A DNA stretch of 28,104 bases from a virus (taxonomy: Duplodnaviria; Caudoviricetes). Made by a program: the position numbers and the translations under genes. Positions 1 through 7,057 of this stretch are shown here, one piece after another. The stretch covers positions 1-28,104 of IMG/VR virus record IMGVR_UViG_3300032219_001957; one strand, written 5' to 3'. The notes beneath the pieces were generated by a model, which was not told the DNA's origin, made no database searches, and saw only the letters and a program-made list of their open reading frames with translations. Position 1 is the first letter of the stretch, and each line of letters begins with the position of its first letter.

Positions 1-84
1 ACTGACCTGTGTTCGCGGTATTCTGAGCCTGGTGCACCAGGGTCCGCTACTAGGGACTCAATCTTACTGTCTATCCCAAAATTT

Positions 85-159
85 TGGCGACCCTGAGGGG
101 AATCGAACCCCTATATTCCGCTAGACAGGCGGATATAATAACCACTATATGACAGGGCC
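85..159 (-). tRNA. tRNA-Asp(GTC)
   Basis: Cloverleaf GGCCCTG/CAGGGTC, anticodon arm TCCGC-CT GTC TA-GCGGA, T-loop TTCGATT, encoded CCA. Confidence 0.93.
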
Positions 160-164
160 AATAT

Positions 165-240
165 TGGCGCCGGGCGTGGTATTGAACCACATTCTCTTAA
201 GAATGATCAATTTCCTCAGACACACCATGTGAGACCCAGC
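165..240 (-). tRNA. aberrant tRNA-like gene (anticodon undetermined, possibly GAT)
   Basis: Acceptor GCTGGGT/GCCCGGC-G-CCA and T-arm GTGG-TTCAATA-CCAC present; minimal D-arm CACA-TGG-TGTG; irregular 8-9 nt anticodon loop ATTGATCA. Confidence 0.55.
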
Positions 241-247
241 ATTAATT

Positions 248-322
248 TGGTGGACCGTGAGAGGATCGAACTCTCACCTAGGACGTGCAAAGCCCCCGTG
301 CTCCCATTATCACTAACGGCCC
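248..322 (-). tRNA. tRNA-Ala(TGC)
   Basis: Cloverleaf with G3:U70 pair, loop TT TGC AC, encoded CCA. Confidence 0.95.
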
Positions 323-420
323 ATATATTTGAGACAGGTGTTTTACGAGACTCTACCTGCCAAGCTCGACGGTACGGTTGCATCCTTACCTGCAGGACGC
401 GAATGCAACTATCTAGCGTT

Positions 421-533
421 TGGTGGAGACAGCCTACACACAAGGATCCCTAATGTGCCGTACACTTTATCCGCTTATCTTAGCTACCTTCCAATACAGG
501 GAGGATTCATGCTAAAGATAAGTTTCAGTCTCC
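421..533 (-). ncRNA. CCA-terminated structured RNA, not a cloverleaf
   Basis: Terminal stem GGAGAC/GTCTCC followed by ACCA; internal hairpins CTTATCTTTAGC/GCTAAGATAAG and TACGGCACA/TGTGTGTA. Confidence 0.55.
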
Positions 534-743
534 AAAACTTGGTGGGTGGTGATACTAACGCTCCACGAGGCAACTTCCCAACTTAACAAAGCATAAATAG
601 ATGTGGTTAGGATATTGTACCACCAATATCTAACTCGAATCTTTATGACCCTTTCTACATTACCCATCCGTTGAATTGTGATCTTATACCTCACACTGAA
701 AACAACAAGAAGAAACACCGTTCTTCTATATCATATCAACAAT

Positions 744-873
744 TGGTGAGTGTAGTAAATGAATATGAAAAGTTGAGCAGGTCAGATTCGAACTGACACC
801 GGTTCCTAAGTAATGGGGTTACAGCCCACCGCGACACTAACCATATTCGCCTCTGCTCAACTTTTCATACTCC
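744..873 (-). tRNA. tRNA-Tyr(GTA)-like gene with 20-bp extended acceptor stem (core 774..859)
   Basis: Anticodon loop CT GTA AC, T-arm GTCAG-TTCGAAT-CTGAC; GAGTATGAAAAGTTGAGCAG pairs with CTGCTCAACTTTTCATATTC; CCA only 14 nt further 3'. Confidence 0.7.
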
Positions 874-879
874 ATATTT

Positions 880-956
880 TGGTACTCCCGGGTGGATTCG
901 AACCACCGACACGCGGCTTTGGAGACCGCTGTTCTACCAGGCTGAACTAAGGAGCC
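880..956 (-). tRNA. tRNA-Trp(CCA)
   Basis: Loop CT CCA AA, canonical D and T arms, CCA; acceptor stem imperfect. Confidence 0.85.
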
Positions 957-964
957 ATTTTAAA

Positions 965-1050
965 TGGCGAGATCACTAGCACCCCTCACACCGCATTCAA
1001 TATGATGAGGGCTAAGGCCGAATCACACGGCGAGCATGGTTGTGTATCTC
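965..1050 (-). ncRNA. CCA-terminated three-way-junction RNA
   Basis: GAGAT..CAC/GTG-ATCTC-G-CCA terminal stem; hairpins GCCG-TGTGATT-CGGC and CCCTCA/TGAGGG. Confidence 0.5.
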
Positions 1051-1059
1051 TAAAATTTG

Positions 1060-1243
1060 TGGTATGTTTTAGAATGATGACTGATAAAGCCTAGGCAGGG
1101 ATTGAGCCTACTCCTTCTGCCGTTTTCGGCAGACATGCATCCTTTACACTTCGAGGACCTAACTTAGCACCGCAGCAACGGGGGTCGTTAGTTCAGTCAA
1201 CAACCTACTGCTAAGTTGCTGCTTATCAGTCTAAAAAATACCA
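1060..1243 (-). ncRNA. ~180-nt structured RNA with embedded tRNA-like core and ACCA end
   Basis: Long terminal stem GGTAT-TTTTTAGA-CTGATAA / TTATCAG..TCTAAAA-C-ATACC-A; inside are D-like GTGT-AAAGGAT-GCAT, TCTGCCG-AAAA-CGGCAGA and T-like GTAGG-CTCAATC-CCTGC. Confidence 0.55.
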
Positions 1244-1350
1244 TATTGAAACACACTAATAAGAATCGCACTCCCTTAGTTCTTACACTAAGTTACGACA
1301 AGGAGTCACAGACTGGATCGGCAGTCCTGCTAGTTAATGTATTTCAATAT
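1243..1350 (-). ncRNA. structured RNA with 17-bp terminal stem
   Basis: ATATTGAAATACATTAA/TTAGTGTGTTTCAATAT with G-U pairs favouring the minus strand; inner hairpins GACTG/CAGTC and CTTAGT/ACTAAG. Confidence 0.5.
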
Positions 1351-1372
1351 AGTGTCTTTTTAAGACACTAAA

Positions 1373-1476
1373 AGCTAGGATTTTTCTGTCTCACAAGAGA
1401 GACTCCATCCTCTAGCCCGACCGTTTGTCCATGTTTTAAGTGCGGACTAGGACCTCGTTTCCCATACACACTTACT
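1373..1476 (-). promoter_or_regulatory. structured leader motif, copy 1 (boxA-like loop)
   Basis: Shares two identical 17-mers at identical spacing with 10880..10923; covarying stems; directly downstream of promoter 1499..1527. Confidence 0.65.
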
Positions 1477-1498
1477 GCTCACTACTTACTACACCAAC

Positions 1499-1527
1499 AT
1501 TATCTCATACTACTGATTTAATGTCAA
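1499..1527 (-). promoter_or_regulatory. sigma70-like promoter
   Basis: TTGACA-N17-GATAAT. Confidence 0.7.
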
Positions 1528-1724
1528 TCTCAGTTTTACGATACTGAGAAACGTCATGCCTGTCAGCTATCAGGCTGCTTTGCTACTTGCTATGAAAAAC
1601 TCTGTATCATTTCCCACCGTTTTTCGCTATCGCTACTCGGGCAGTTGATTTCTTCGTTTTTCACAGCATACAAGCATTATACAATCACCATTTATTGTCA
1701 AACTTCGACCTAAGATTTTTATTC

Positions 1725-1744
1725 TGGCGCGTCCGGAAGGATTC
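1725..1744 (-). pseudogene. 3'-terminal tRNA fragment (Arg-like)
   Basis: GAATCCTTCCGGACGCGCCA = half T-arm, 3' acceptor strand and CCA, fused to the stop codon of the endonuclease ORF. Confidence 0.7.
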
Positions 1745-2612
1745 ATCCTTTGCGCTTGAAACATTGATTTTCAAAAAATTCAGGGTGATAAGTTTTCATC
1801 CACCCGTTTATTTTTTGCGAAGAGATTCCCAATACTACTGCAACTTTTGACACCCAACCATATACTGAAAAATCCATATTGTGGTAAAAAATTTCATTTT
1901 TTCTAGATTCCCATTTTATCCGTGTTTGTTCTTTTATTTTCTGCCCTCTAGGTAGAGTGAAATTTTTTTTCTTGTTGTCTCTTATTTGTTTTGCTTCAAA
2001 GTATGATTCAACTATTCCTGAATTATCAAATGGTATATCGAAATTAAGAAATTGGGCAATTGCATCTTGCGAGAAACACTGTGAATAATGAACCTCAATG
2101 AGGCGCCATCCGGCTTGTTCAATCAAATTATGACGATTTTGATAGTATGTTTTTAACTTGCCAGCTCTATCGTAATGCTGATTTCCGTTTATTTCAATAC
2201 CCAATTTTATGTGGGGAAATGCAATATCGATTGAAAATGCACGATTTTCTAATGGAGTCAGTTCTTCAACAAATTGAATTCCTCGTTGTGTTAAATATTC
2301 TTTAACATTGTTGCAAGGAACTGAACTAAATTTATCCTTTCTTTTCCACGGATGTTTATTTGGATTTTCTTTTAGAAATTGTTTTCGTTTGTCAGAAAGA
2401 ATTTGTTTAGTGTCAATAGACACAGTATGAGCACACTTATTACTGCATGTTTTTCTTCTTCTACCTACAAACTCAGCTTCACATACTTGACATTTTTGAA
2501 TAAAATTCACTTTTTGTCGTTGTCTGTTTGGATTTTCATTACACCATCGACTATGTGCGCCTGCATTATTGGAATTTTCTATTTCAATCCCGCAGTATTT
2601 ACATTTAAACAT
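1743..2612 (-). CDS. Vsr/DUF559-like (very-short-patch-repair fold) homing endonuclease with N-terminal Zn-binding motifs
   Basis: CxxC motifs; FSIDIAFPHIKLGIEINGNQHY...RHNLIEQAGWRLIEV motif. Confidence 0.8.
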   Translation of the reverse strand: MFKCKYCGIEIENSNNAGAHSRWCNENPNRQRQKVNFIQKCQVCEAEFVGRRRKTCSNKCAHTVSIDTKQILSDKRKQFLKENPNKHPWKRKDKFSSVPCNNVKEYLTQRGIQFVEELTPLENRAFSIDIAFPHIKLGIEINGNQHYDRAGKLKTYYQNRHNLIEQAGWRLIEVHYSQCFSQDAIAQFLNFDIPFDNSGIVESYFEAKQIRDNKKKNFTLPRGQKIKEQTRIKWESRKNEIFYHNMDFSVYGWVSKVAVVLGISSQKINGWMKTYHPEFFENQCFKRKG

Positions 2613-2678
2613 TTCGAACTTCCTTTATTCAAACTAGGTGATCGTATTTATGCAATCAGTTCGAATTTTTAAAAATTA

Positions 2679-2754
2679 TGGTCAGCCCACCTGGACTCGA
2701 ACCAGGACTATAAATTTAGAAGAATTATGTGATATCCGCTTTCACTATGGGCTG
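2679..2754 (-). tRNA. tRNA-Arg(TCT)
   Basis: CAGCCCA/TGGGCTG, loop CT TCT AA, D-loop GGATA, CCA. Confidence 0.92.
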
Positions 2755-2771
2755 TGTATCGCAATGTAAAG

Positions 2772-2800
2772 AGTATACTCTATGTTGGATTTATTGTTAA
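2772..2800 (-). promoter_or_regulatory. sigma70-like promoter
   Basis: TTAACA-N17-TATACT upstream of tRNA-Arg(TCT). Confidence 0.6.
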
Positions 2801-2856
2801 AAACTTGGTATCATTCTCGTAAAGAATGTCTACCTTTAATGATAGCAGTATTTAAA

Positions 2857-3140
2857 TGGTTCCGGATGTCGGATTTGAACTGACGACCTACCGCTTACCT
2901 TACCACTTCGACTTTCGGCGCCGACTTTCGTCGTTCGTGGTCTGGACTTTGCCTTCACCGTTGCTTGCGCTTTAGGTGCCTGCCGTCAAGTCTCTACACC
3001 TTCAACAGTATTTCTACTGAAGCTTGGCTCGGCGTTATCATTTTACAGACTTCGCCGACTTTGACAGGTTCTACTCCCACCGTTTCCAATGGGGCACTCG
3101 TATATTCAAGGCGGTTGCTCTACCCCTGAGCTAATCCGGA
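2857..3140 (-). tRNA. tRNA-Thr(TGT), intron-containing (exons 3140..3108 and 2898..2857)
   Basis: Joined exons give TCCGGAT/ATCCGGA acceptor, ACCGC-CT TGT AA-GCGGT anticodon arm and CCA. Confidence 0.9.
2899..3107 (-). ncRNA. group I intron, 209 nt, compact IC3 (Azoarcus tRNA-Ile-like) type, no ORF
   Basis: Core motifs GGTGTAGAGACT.GACGGCA, CACCTAA, GGTGAAGGCA.AGTCCAG; P1 CTT|G-AATATA-CGAG with U.G at splice site; terminal G. Confidence 0.92.
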
Positions 3141-3164
3141 ATTGATACTAAAACAACTAAACTT

Positions 3165-3240
3165 TGGCTGGCTTACTTGGGTTCGAACCAAGGACAACCT
3201 GGTTAACAGCCAGGTGCTCTACCAACTGAGCTATAAGCCA
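3165..3240 (-). tRNA. tRNA-Asn(GTT)
   Basis: Canonical cloverleaf, loop CT GTT AA, CCA. Confidence 0.95.
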
Positions 3241-3274
3241 TCATAAAACTTTTTACAAAACTATTTATTAAATA

Positions 3275-3303
3275 AGTATAACTCAAAAACATTTCATTGT
3301 CAA
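3275..3303 (-). promoter_or_regulatory. sigma70-like promoter
   Basis: TTGACA-N17-TATACT upstream of tRNA-Asn. Confidence 0.75.
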
Positions 3304-3875
3304 TCTGTTTCCAACAACTCGCCTACCCGATCCATTACCATATCCCAATGATCCATGAATCTATGCCCACCTGTTTCAACCACACTAGTCATCGCAGTAT
3401 GCTTAAAATATTCTAGGGGAATCTCGTAAGGGATAACTTCATCATCTTTTGCTACAAACAGATTGATTAGGTTGCCATTGTACTCCCTCTCCGCATGTTC
3501 CCGCATACTTTTCATTGAATCTAAATGCGCTAACTCTACCATGAATTCTTCATTCGTGGCGTAGTTTTTATTCATGCCCAGCTTACTGCGAAGAGTTTCG
3601 CTGGGCTTACAGCTGGGGTTAACTAAGATTGCGGGCGTGTCGTGAATCATAGCATAATAGTTGGCATAGAAACCACCTAAACTAGTACCCACGAAAACTA
3701 ATTTCTTGAACCCGCTATAGTTTTCATGTATCAGCTTATACACTACATCGTCTACTTCTTCCGGGTCAAACGGCAGATCAGGGGCAAAAACATTTTCTGC
3801 GCCAAACTTTTCGCATAGCGCATCTACTTTACTACTATTGCCTGAACTACCAAAACTATGTAGATAGATTATCAT
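3300..3875 (-). CDS. YqiA/YcfP (UPF0227) family alpha/beta hydrolase (esterase)
   Basis: IIYLHSFGSS N-terminus, GTSLGG nucleophile elbow, DDEVI and GGHRF triad motifs. Confidence 0.88.
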   Translation of the reverse strand: MIIYLHSFGSSGNSSKVDALCEKFGAENVFAPDLPFDPEEVDDVVYKLIHENYSGFKKLVFVGTSLGGFYANYYAMIHDTPAILVNPSCKPSETLRSKLGMNKNYATNEEFMVELAHLDSMKSMREHAEREYNGNLINLFVAKDDEVIPYEIPLEYFKHTAMTSVVETGGHRFMDHWDMVMDRVGELLETD

Positions 3876-3906
3876 TTTGACCCCAGGAAATTCTTATTTA
3901 AGCTAT

Positions 3907-3935
3907 ATCTTATTACAAGGGGTATTTATTGTCAA
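3907..3935 (-). promoter_or_regulatory. sigma70-like promoter
   Basis: TTGACA-N17-TAAGAT. Confidence 0.55.
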
Positions 3936-3944
3936 ATATTAGGA

Positions 3945-4565
3945 TCATATATCACCCAGGACTTCTTTTGGATCTAGCCCCATACTTCTAAGTTGGGTTA
4001 TTCCTTCGGGCGATAAATTAACGAATCCCAGGATTAACTTTTCATGGGGTTCGCCCTGTATCAATCTAGTATAGTGAAACCCATCTGGGTTTAAATCTAA
4101 TACTTTTTTGCCTGTTAAAAACTCAGCAAATTTATTGGGTACTGGTTTGGCTCCCATCCTTAACATTAACTTTTCTGCCGGGCCACTTATTTCTACCCAA
4201 GCTCTGCTAAACGTTATGTCTTCGTGTTTGACCATCATGAGGTCTTTTTTGCCCTGTCTAGTTGCTACATATATATTCTTTTCGGGGTCTAACTCTGTTT
4301 CTGTTGCACTTGCAATCCCCTTCAAATTTTTAGTTTTTGCCACTAGCTTATATATGCCTAGCGCAGTTATTTTATCACCACGCTGCACCAGTTTCCAAAG
4401 TCCGGGGGTATCTATCAGTTCTTCGACGGCGGCTGCACTTTTGAACCCACCAACTTTTTGATAGGATTTGTTAAACATATCCCAAACTATGTCAGCATAC
4501 TCAGCCTTTTGTTCAGGAGTCCACAAATTGATTACCCGCTCTGCTAAAAATTCCAATGATTTCAT
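3945..4565 (-). CDS. hypothetical phage protein (ORF track starts at 4598; ATG 4565 preferred)
   Basis: Long ORF; ATG 4565 lies 5 nt after a TAAATA motif. Confidence 0.75.
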   Translation of the reverse strand: MKSLEFLAERVINLWTPEQKAEYADIVWDMFNKSYQKVGGFKSAAAVEELIDTPGLWKLVQRGDKITALGIYKLVAKTKNLKGIASATETELDPEKNIYVATRQGKKDLMMVKHEDITFSRAWVEISGPAEKLMLRMGAKPVPNKFAEFLTGKKVLDLNPDGFHYTRLIQGEPHEKLILGFVNLSPEGITQLRSMGLDPKEVLGDI

Positions 4566-4598
4566 AGTGGTATTTATCTTGGCATTGCGGATAATCAT

Positions 4599-5159
4599 TT
4601 AGGACAACAAAATTCTACTGTGTTTGGGAACGCCCGCTAACAAATATTCCATTTGATCCGCAAGAATGTTTCTGCTTTGTAGGATCATATTTTCAAAATG
4701 TGATGGCGCATAAGGGACGTATAACAGTTCCATACGGGCTTCTTTTAGCGTTTTGCTTCCTTTATTGGAGTTACAGGTTTTGCATGCAGTGATACAGTTA
4801 AGCCAAGTGTTTTGGCCGCCCCTACTTTTGGGGACAATATGGTCCCTACTCAGGTTATTAACATTGGGGAAATGTCCACCGCAGTACGCACAAACATTCC
4901 TATCTCTACCGAACAGTGTTCGGTTGGATAATGCCACAGTTGCATGTTTGTGTGGGTTGAAACCCTGGCCCTTGATCGCAATTATACTAGGAGTTTCGAT
5001 GTAACTCATTGTACCATCTTGCTGAATGCCGCCCCGATATTTAGCCACAATTTCACCCATGCTCCAAGCTACAGATTTTGTGGCGTGGTATGCGATTGCA
5101 TCATCATATCCTATCCATTGTCTAGGTGTTCCTGAAATATCCAATGCTAATACGGGCAC
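4599..5159 (-). CDS. HNH endonuclease (McrA-like, HNH_5 type)
   Basis: LFGRDRNVCAYCG...SRDHIVPKSRGG...WLNCITACKTCNSNKG; GTG start with AGGAG RBS. Confidence 0.92.
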   Translation of the reverse strand: MPVLALDISGTPRQWIGYDDAIAYHATKSVAWSMGEIVAKYRGGIQQDGTMSYIETPSIIAIKGQGFNPHKHATVALSNRTLFGRDRNVCAYCGGHFPNVNNLSRDHIVPKSRGGQNTWLNCITACKTCNSNKGSKTLKEARMELLYVPYAPSHFENMILQSRNILADQMEYLLAGVPKHSRILLS

Positions 5160-5206
5160 GATAAACTCCTTTTTAATTGGTACTTGTACCTCTATTTACT
5201 ACAAAT

Positions 5207-5246
5207 TGGCGGGTCATGAGAGATTCGAACTCCCGACTACTGGTTT
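5207..5246 (-). pseudogene. orphan 3' half of a tRNA
   Basis: AAACCAG-TAGTC-GGGAG-TTCGAAT-CTCTC-ATGACCC-G-CCA; the 5' half is replaced by the upstream region of the endonuclease gene. Confidence 0.8.
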
Positions 5247-5259
5247 GATAAATAAACAT

Positions 5260-5949
5260 ATGAATACTTGTAAACATTGTAAAAATATCATCCCACCAGT
5301 TAAATATAAAAAACTATTTTGCACGAAAAGTTGTGCGGCAAAATTTAATAATTTAAATCGATCTCCTCGAACCTATGAATCAAAACAAAAAACATCTGCT
5401 ACTTTAAAAAATTTAATCGTCACAGGAGCGATACCAACACCTATTCCCCCAAAAAGATATCCATATCCTTATACTAAATTATACGGGCAATATATCTGTC
5501 ATTCTTGTGATAAGAATTTTTGGCAAATCTCTGCTGGGCAAAAATGCTGCTCAATTTCTTGTCGAGACAACATTCGTTCGCAAAATAAATGTAAGAAAAC
5601 GCAAATTGCGTACTACAATAAAAATGACAACTGTATTGTAAATTTACAGTCTACATGGGAAGTCAAAATTGCAATTTGGTTAGACGATAATAATATTGTA
5701 TGGTCTCGTCCATCTAAACGTATTAAATGGTACGATACTACTCTACAAAAATACAGAACATATCTTCCTGACTTTTATCTCCCAAATTATGATTATTATT
5801 TAGATGTTAAAAATCCAGTTAAAATGGAAGAGGATAAGGATAAACTTACTCAATTAATTTCTCTTATGCCTTTGTGTGTAGGTAACATACCAGAAATTAA
5901 AAAATATGTGGAGGGCCTGACAGGGGTCGAACCTGCATGTATCCATTAG
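5260..5949 (+). CDS. PD-(D/E)XK-type homing endonuclease with Zn-binding motifs (ORF track start 5026 is too early)
   Basis: QSTWEVKIAIWLD...YLPDFYLPNYDYYLDVK; CxxC repeats; ATG 5260 follows TAAATA; 3' end overlaps a tRNA antisense. Confidence 0.82.
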   Translation: MNTCKHCKNIIPPVKYKKLFCTKSCAAKFNNLNRSPRTYESKQKTSATLKNLIVTGAIPTPIPPKRYPYPYTKLYGQYICHSCDKNFWQISAGQKCCSISCRDNIRSQNKCKKTQIAYYNKNDNCIVNLQSTWEVKIAIWLDDNNIVWSRPSKRIKWYDTTLQKYRTYLPDFYLPNYDYYLDVKNPVKMEEDKDKLTQLISLMPLCVGNIPEIKKYVEGLTGVEPACIH

Positions 5950-5986
5950 CTTTCTCTTGGTTCGAAGCCAAGCGGCATACAGACCC
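5909..5986 (-). tRNA. non-canonical tRNA-Arg(TCG), D-loop displaced 3' of the anticodon arm
   Basis: GGGTCTG/CAGGCCC-T-CCA; CTTGG-CT TCG AA-CCAAG 7 nt after acceptor; AGCTAATGGATA before T-arm. Confidence 0.75.
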
Positions 5987-5992
5987 AATATT

Positions 5993-6089
5993 TGGTAGTA
6001 GACCAGGGATTCGAACCCTGCCGTTCCAGCCCATCTGACCAGTCTCCGGGAATTATAAAGCCCCGCCGCACAACCAAGTGCTGTCTACC
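5993..6089 (-). tRNA. tRNA-Ile(TAT)-like gene with long variable arm
   Basis: GGTAGAC/GTCTACT-A-CCA; CGGGG-C-TT TAT AA-T-TCCCG; ~25-nt variable region. Confidence 0.7.
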
Positions 6090-6092
6090 ATT

Positions 6093-6175
6093 TGGCGGAT
6101 AGTATAGGATTCGAACCCATGTTCTCTTTCGAGCCGCCTTATCAAGACGGTGCCTAACCATTCGGCCAAAGCGGC
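6093..6175 (-). pseudogene. chimeric tRNA: Ile(GAT) body with non-matching Ser-like 3' acceptor strand
   Basis: 5' GCCGCTT cannot pair with 3' ACTATCC-G-CCA; D, anticodon (TT GAT AA), variable (CTC-GAAA-GAG) and T arms intact. Confidence 0.7.
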
Positions 6176-6226
6176 AAATAAATCCTTTATGTTTTTACAG
6201 GCATACGCTGGAATGACCACACTAGC

Positions 6227-6769
6227 TCACCCTCCTTTTTCTTTCCAACGATGCTTTTGCTTCATTATTTCTGAATGTCTTTTTTTGTACTCATCCGAAA
6301 AAGGTTTTCTTTCTCTAGATTTTGCCTTTTCTGAAATTTTAGCGCGAGTTTCATCAGAAATTGAATGACCTTTCTGACCTTTCATTTTACAAGAAATTTT
6401 TTGTTTTTGCTCCTCAGACATTGGTTTGCCTTTAGTAGCTTCACTTCTAATAATGCTATATTCTTTTTTAATCGTTTCGTATAAACGAGCATTTATATAA
6501 CGATATTGTTTTGATGTAGAACCTTTCATAAGCATTAAAGCATGGAGCATTTTAACATAATTTGGTTTATTATTTTTATTGATTTTAACTAATAAAACAT
6601 GACATACGAAATGTTCTTTCGCTGTCAATAAAACCAAATTATCTTTTTTATTACTTCCTCCCAATGATTTAGGAATAACATGATGGTTTTCAAAATAGCC
6701 TAGTTTTCTGTCTCTATTTTTAGAACGCGCATTTTGTATAATGTCATGGTATATTTTTTCGTAGTTCAT
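6227..6769 (-). CDS. HNH homing endonuclease with NUMOD3 repeats
   Basis: ENHHVIPKSLGGSN..NLVLLTAKEHFVCH; KGKPMSEEQKQKIS and HSISDETRAKIS. Confidence 0.92.
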   Translation of the reverse strand: MNYEKIYHDIIQNARSKNRDRKLGYFENHHVIPKSLGGSNKKDNLVLLTAKEHFVCHVLLVKINKNNKPNYVKMLHALMLMKGSTSKQYRYINARLYETIKKEYSIIRSEATKGKPMSEEQKQKISCKMKGQKGHSISDETRAKISEKAKSRERKPFSDEYKKRHSEIMKQKHRWKEKGG

Positions 6770-6812
6770 AAAAATCCCTTAACATTATTTATTCCTTTAA
6801 CACTAGGTAAGC

Positions 6813-6989
6813 TTATTTTGTTACTACTTTTTTAAGCGCATCTTTTCGCATAAGCATAACTCTGACGTTGCCCATGCGAGTCACTCTAATATATTCTACA
6901 CCTTCAATAATTTCTGGATTCTTGAGGTCAATATCTGAGCATTCAACTTTTTCTTTATTCCAGATATTTTCAAATGTCAATGTTTTCAT
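6813..6989 (-). CDS. small hypothetical protein, 58 aa (not in ORF track)
   Basis: MKTLTFENIWNKEKVECSDIDLKNPEIIEGVEYIRVTRMGNVRVMLMRKDALKKVVTK; GGAG RBS upstream. Confidence 0.7.
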   Translation of the reverse strand: MKTLTFENIWNKEKVECSDIDLKNPEIIEGVEYIRVTRMGNVRVMLMRKDALKKVVTK

Positions 6990-7057
6990 CACGCAACTCC
7001 ATTAAATTTTGGGGTGACAAATATTTATCGAACTCTAAACAAATAATAAATAATAAT

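Noticed and set aside
421-533. tmRNA, suggested by the TCCACCA 3' end
   Set aside because: Only 113 nt, no T-arm before the 3' end and no tag reading frame.
216-718. ORF-track ORFs 216..443, 229..453, 329..586 and 512..718
   Set aside because: They overlap tRNAs and structured RNAs and show no protein motifs or RBS; treated as spurious.
1676-1701. TTGACA..TATAAT promoter (also at 9344..9375)
   Set aside because: Spacers are 14 and 20 nt, outside the 16-18 nt norm; may still function but not called.
5026-5259. N-terminal extension of the 5026..5949 ORF
   Set aside because: Antisense to the HNH gene and a tRNA half; ATG 5260 after TAAATA is the better start.
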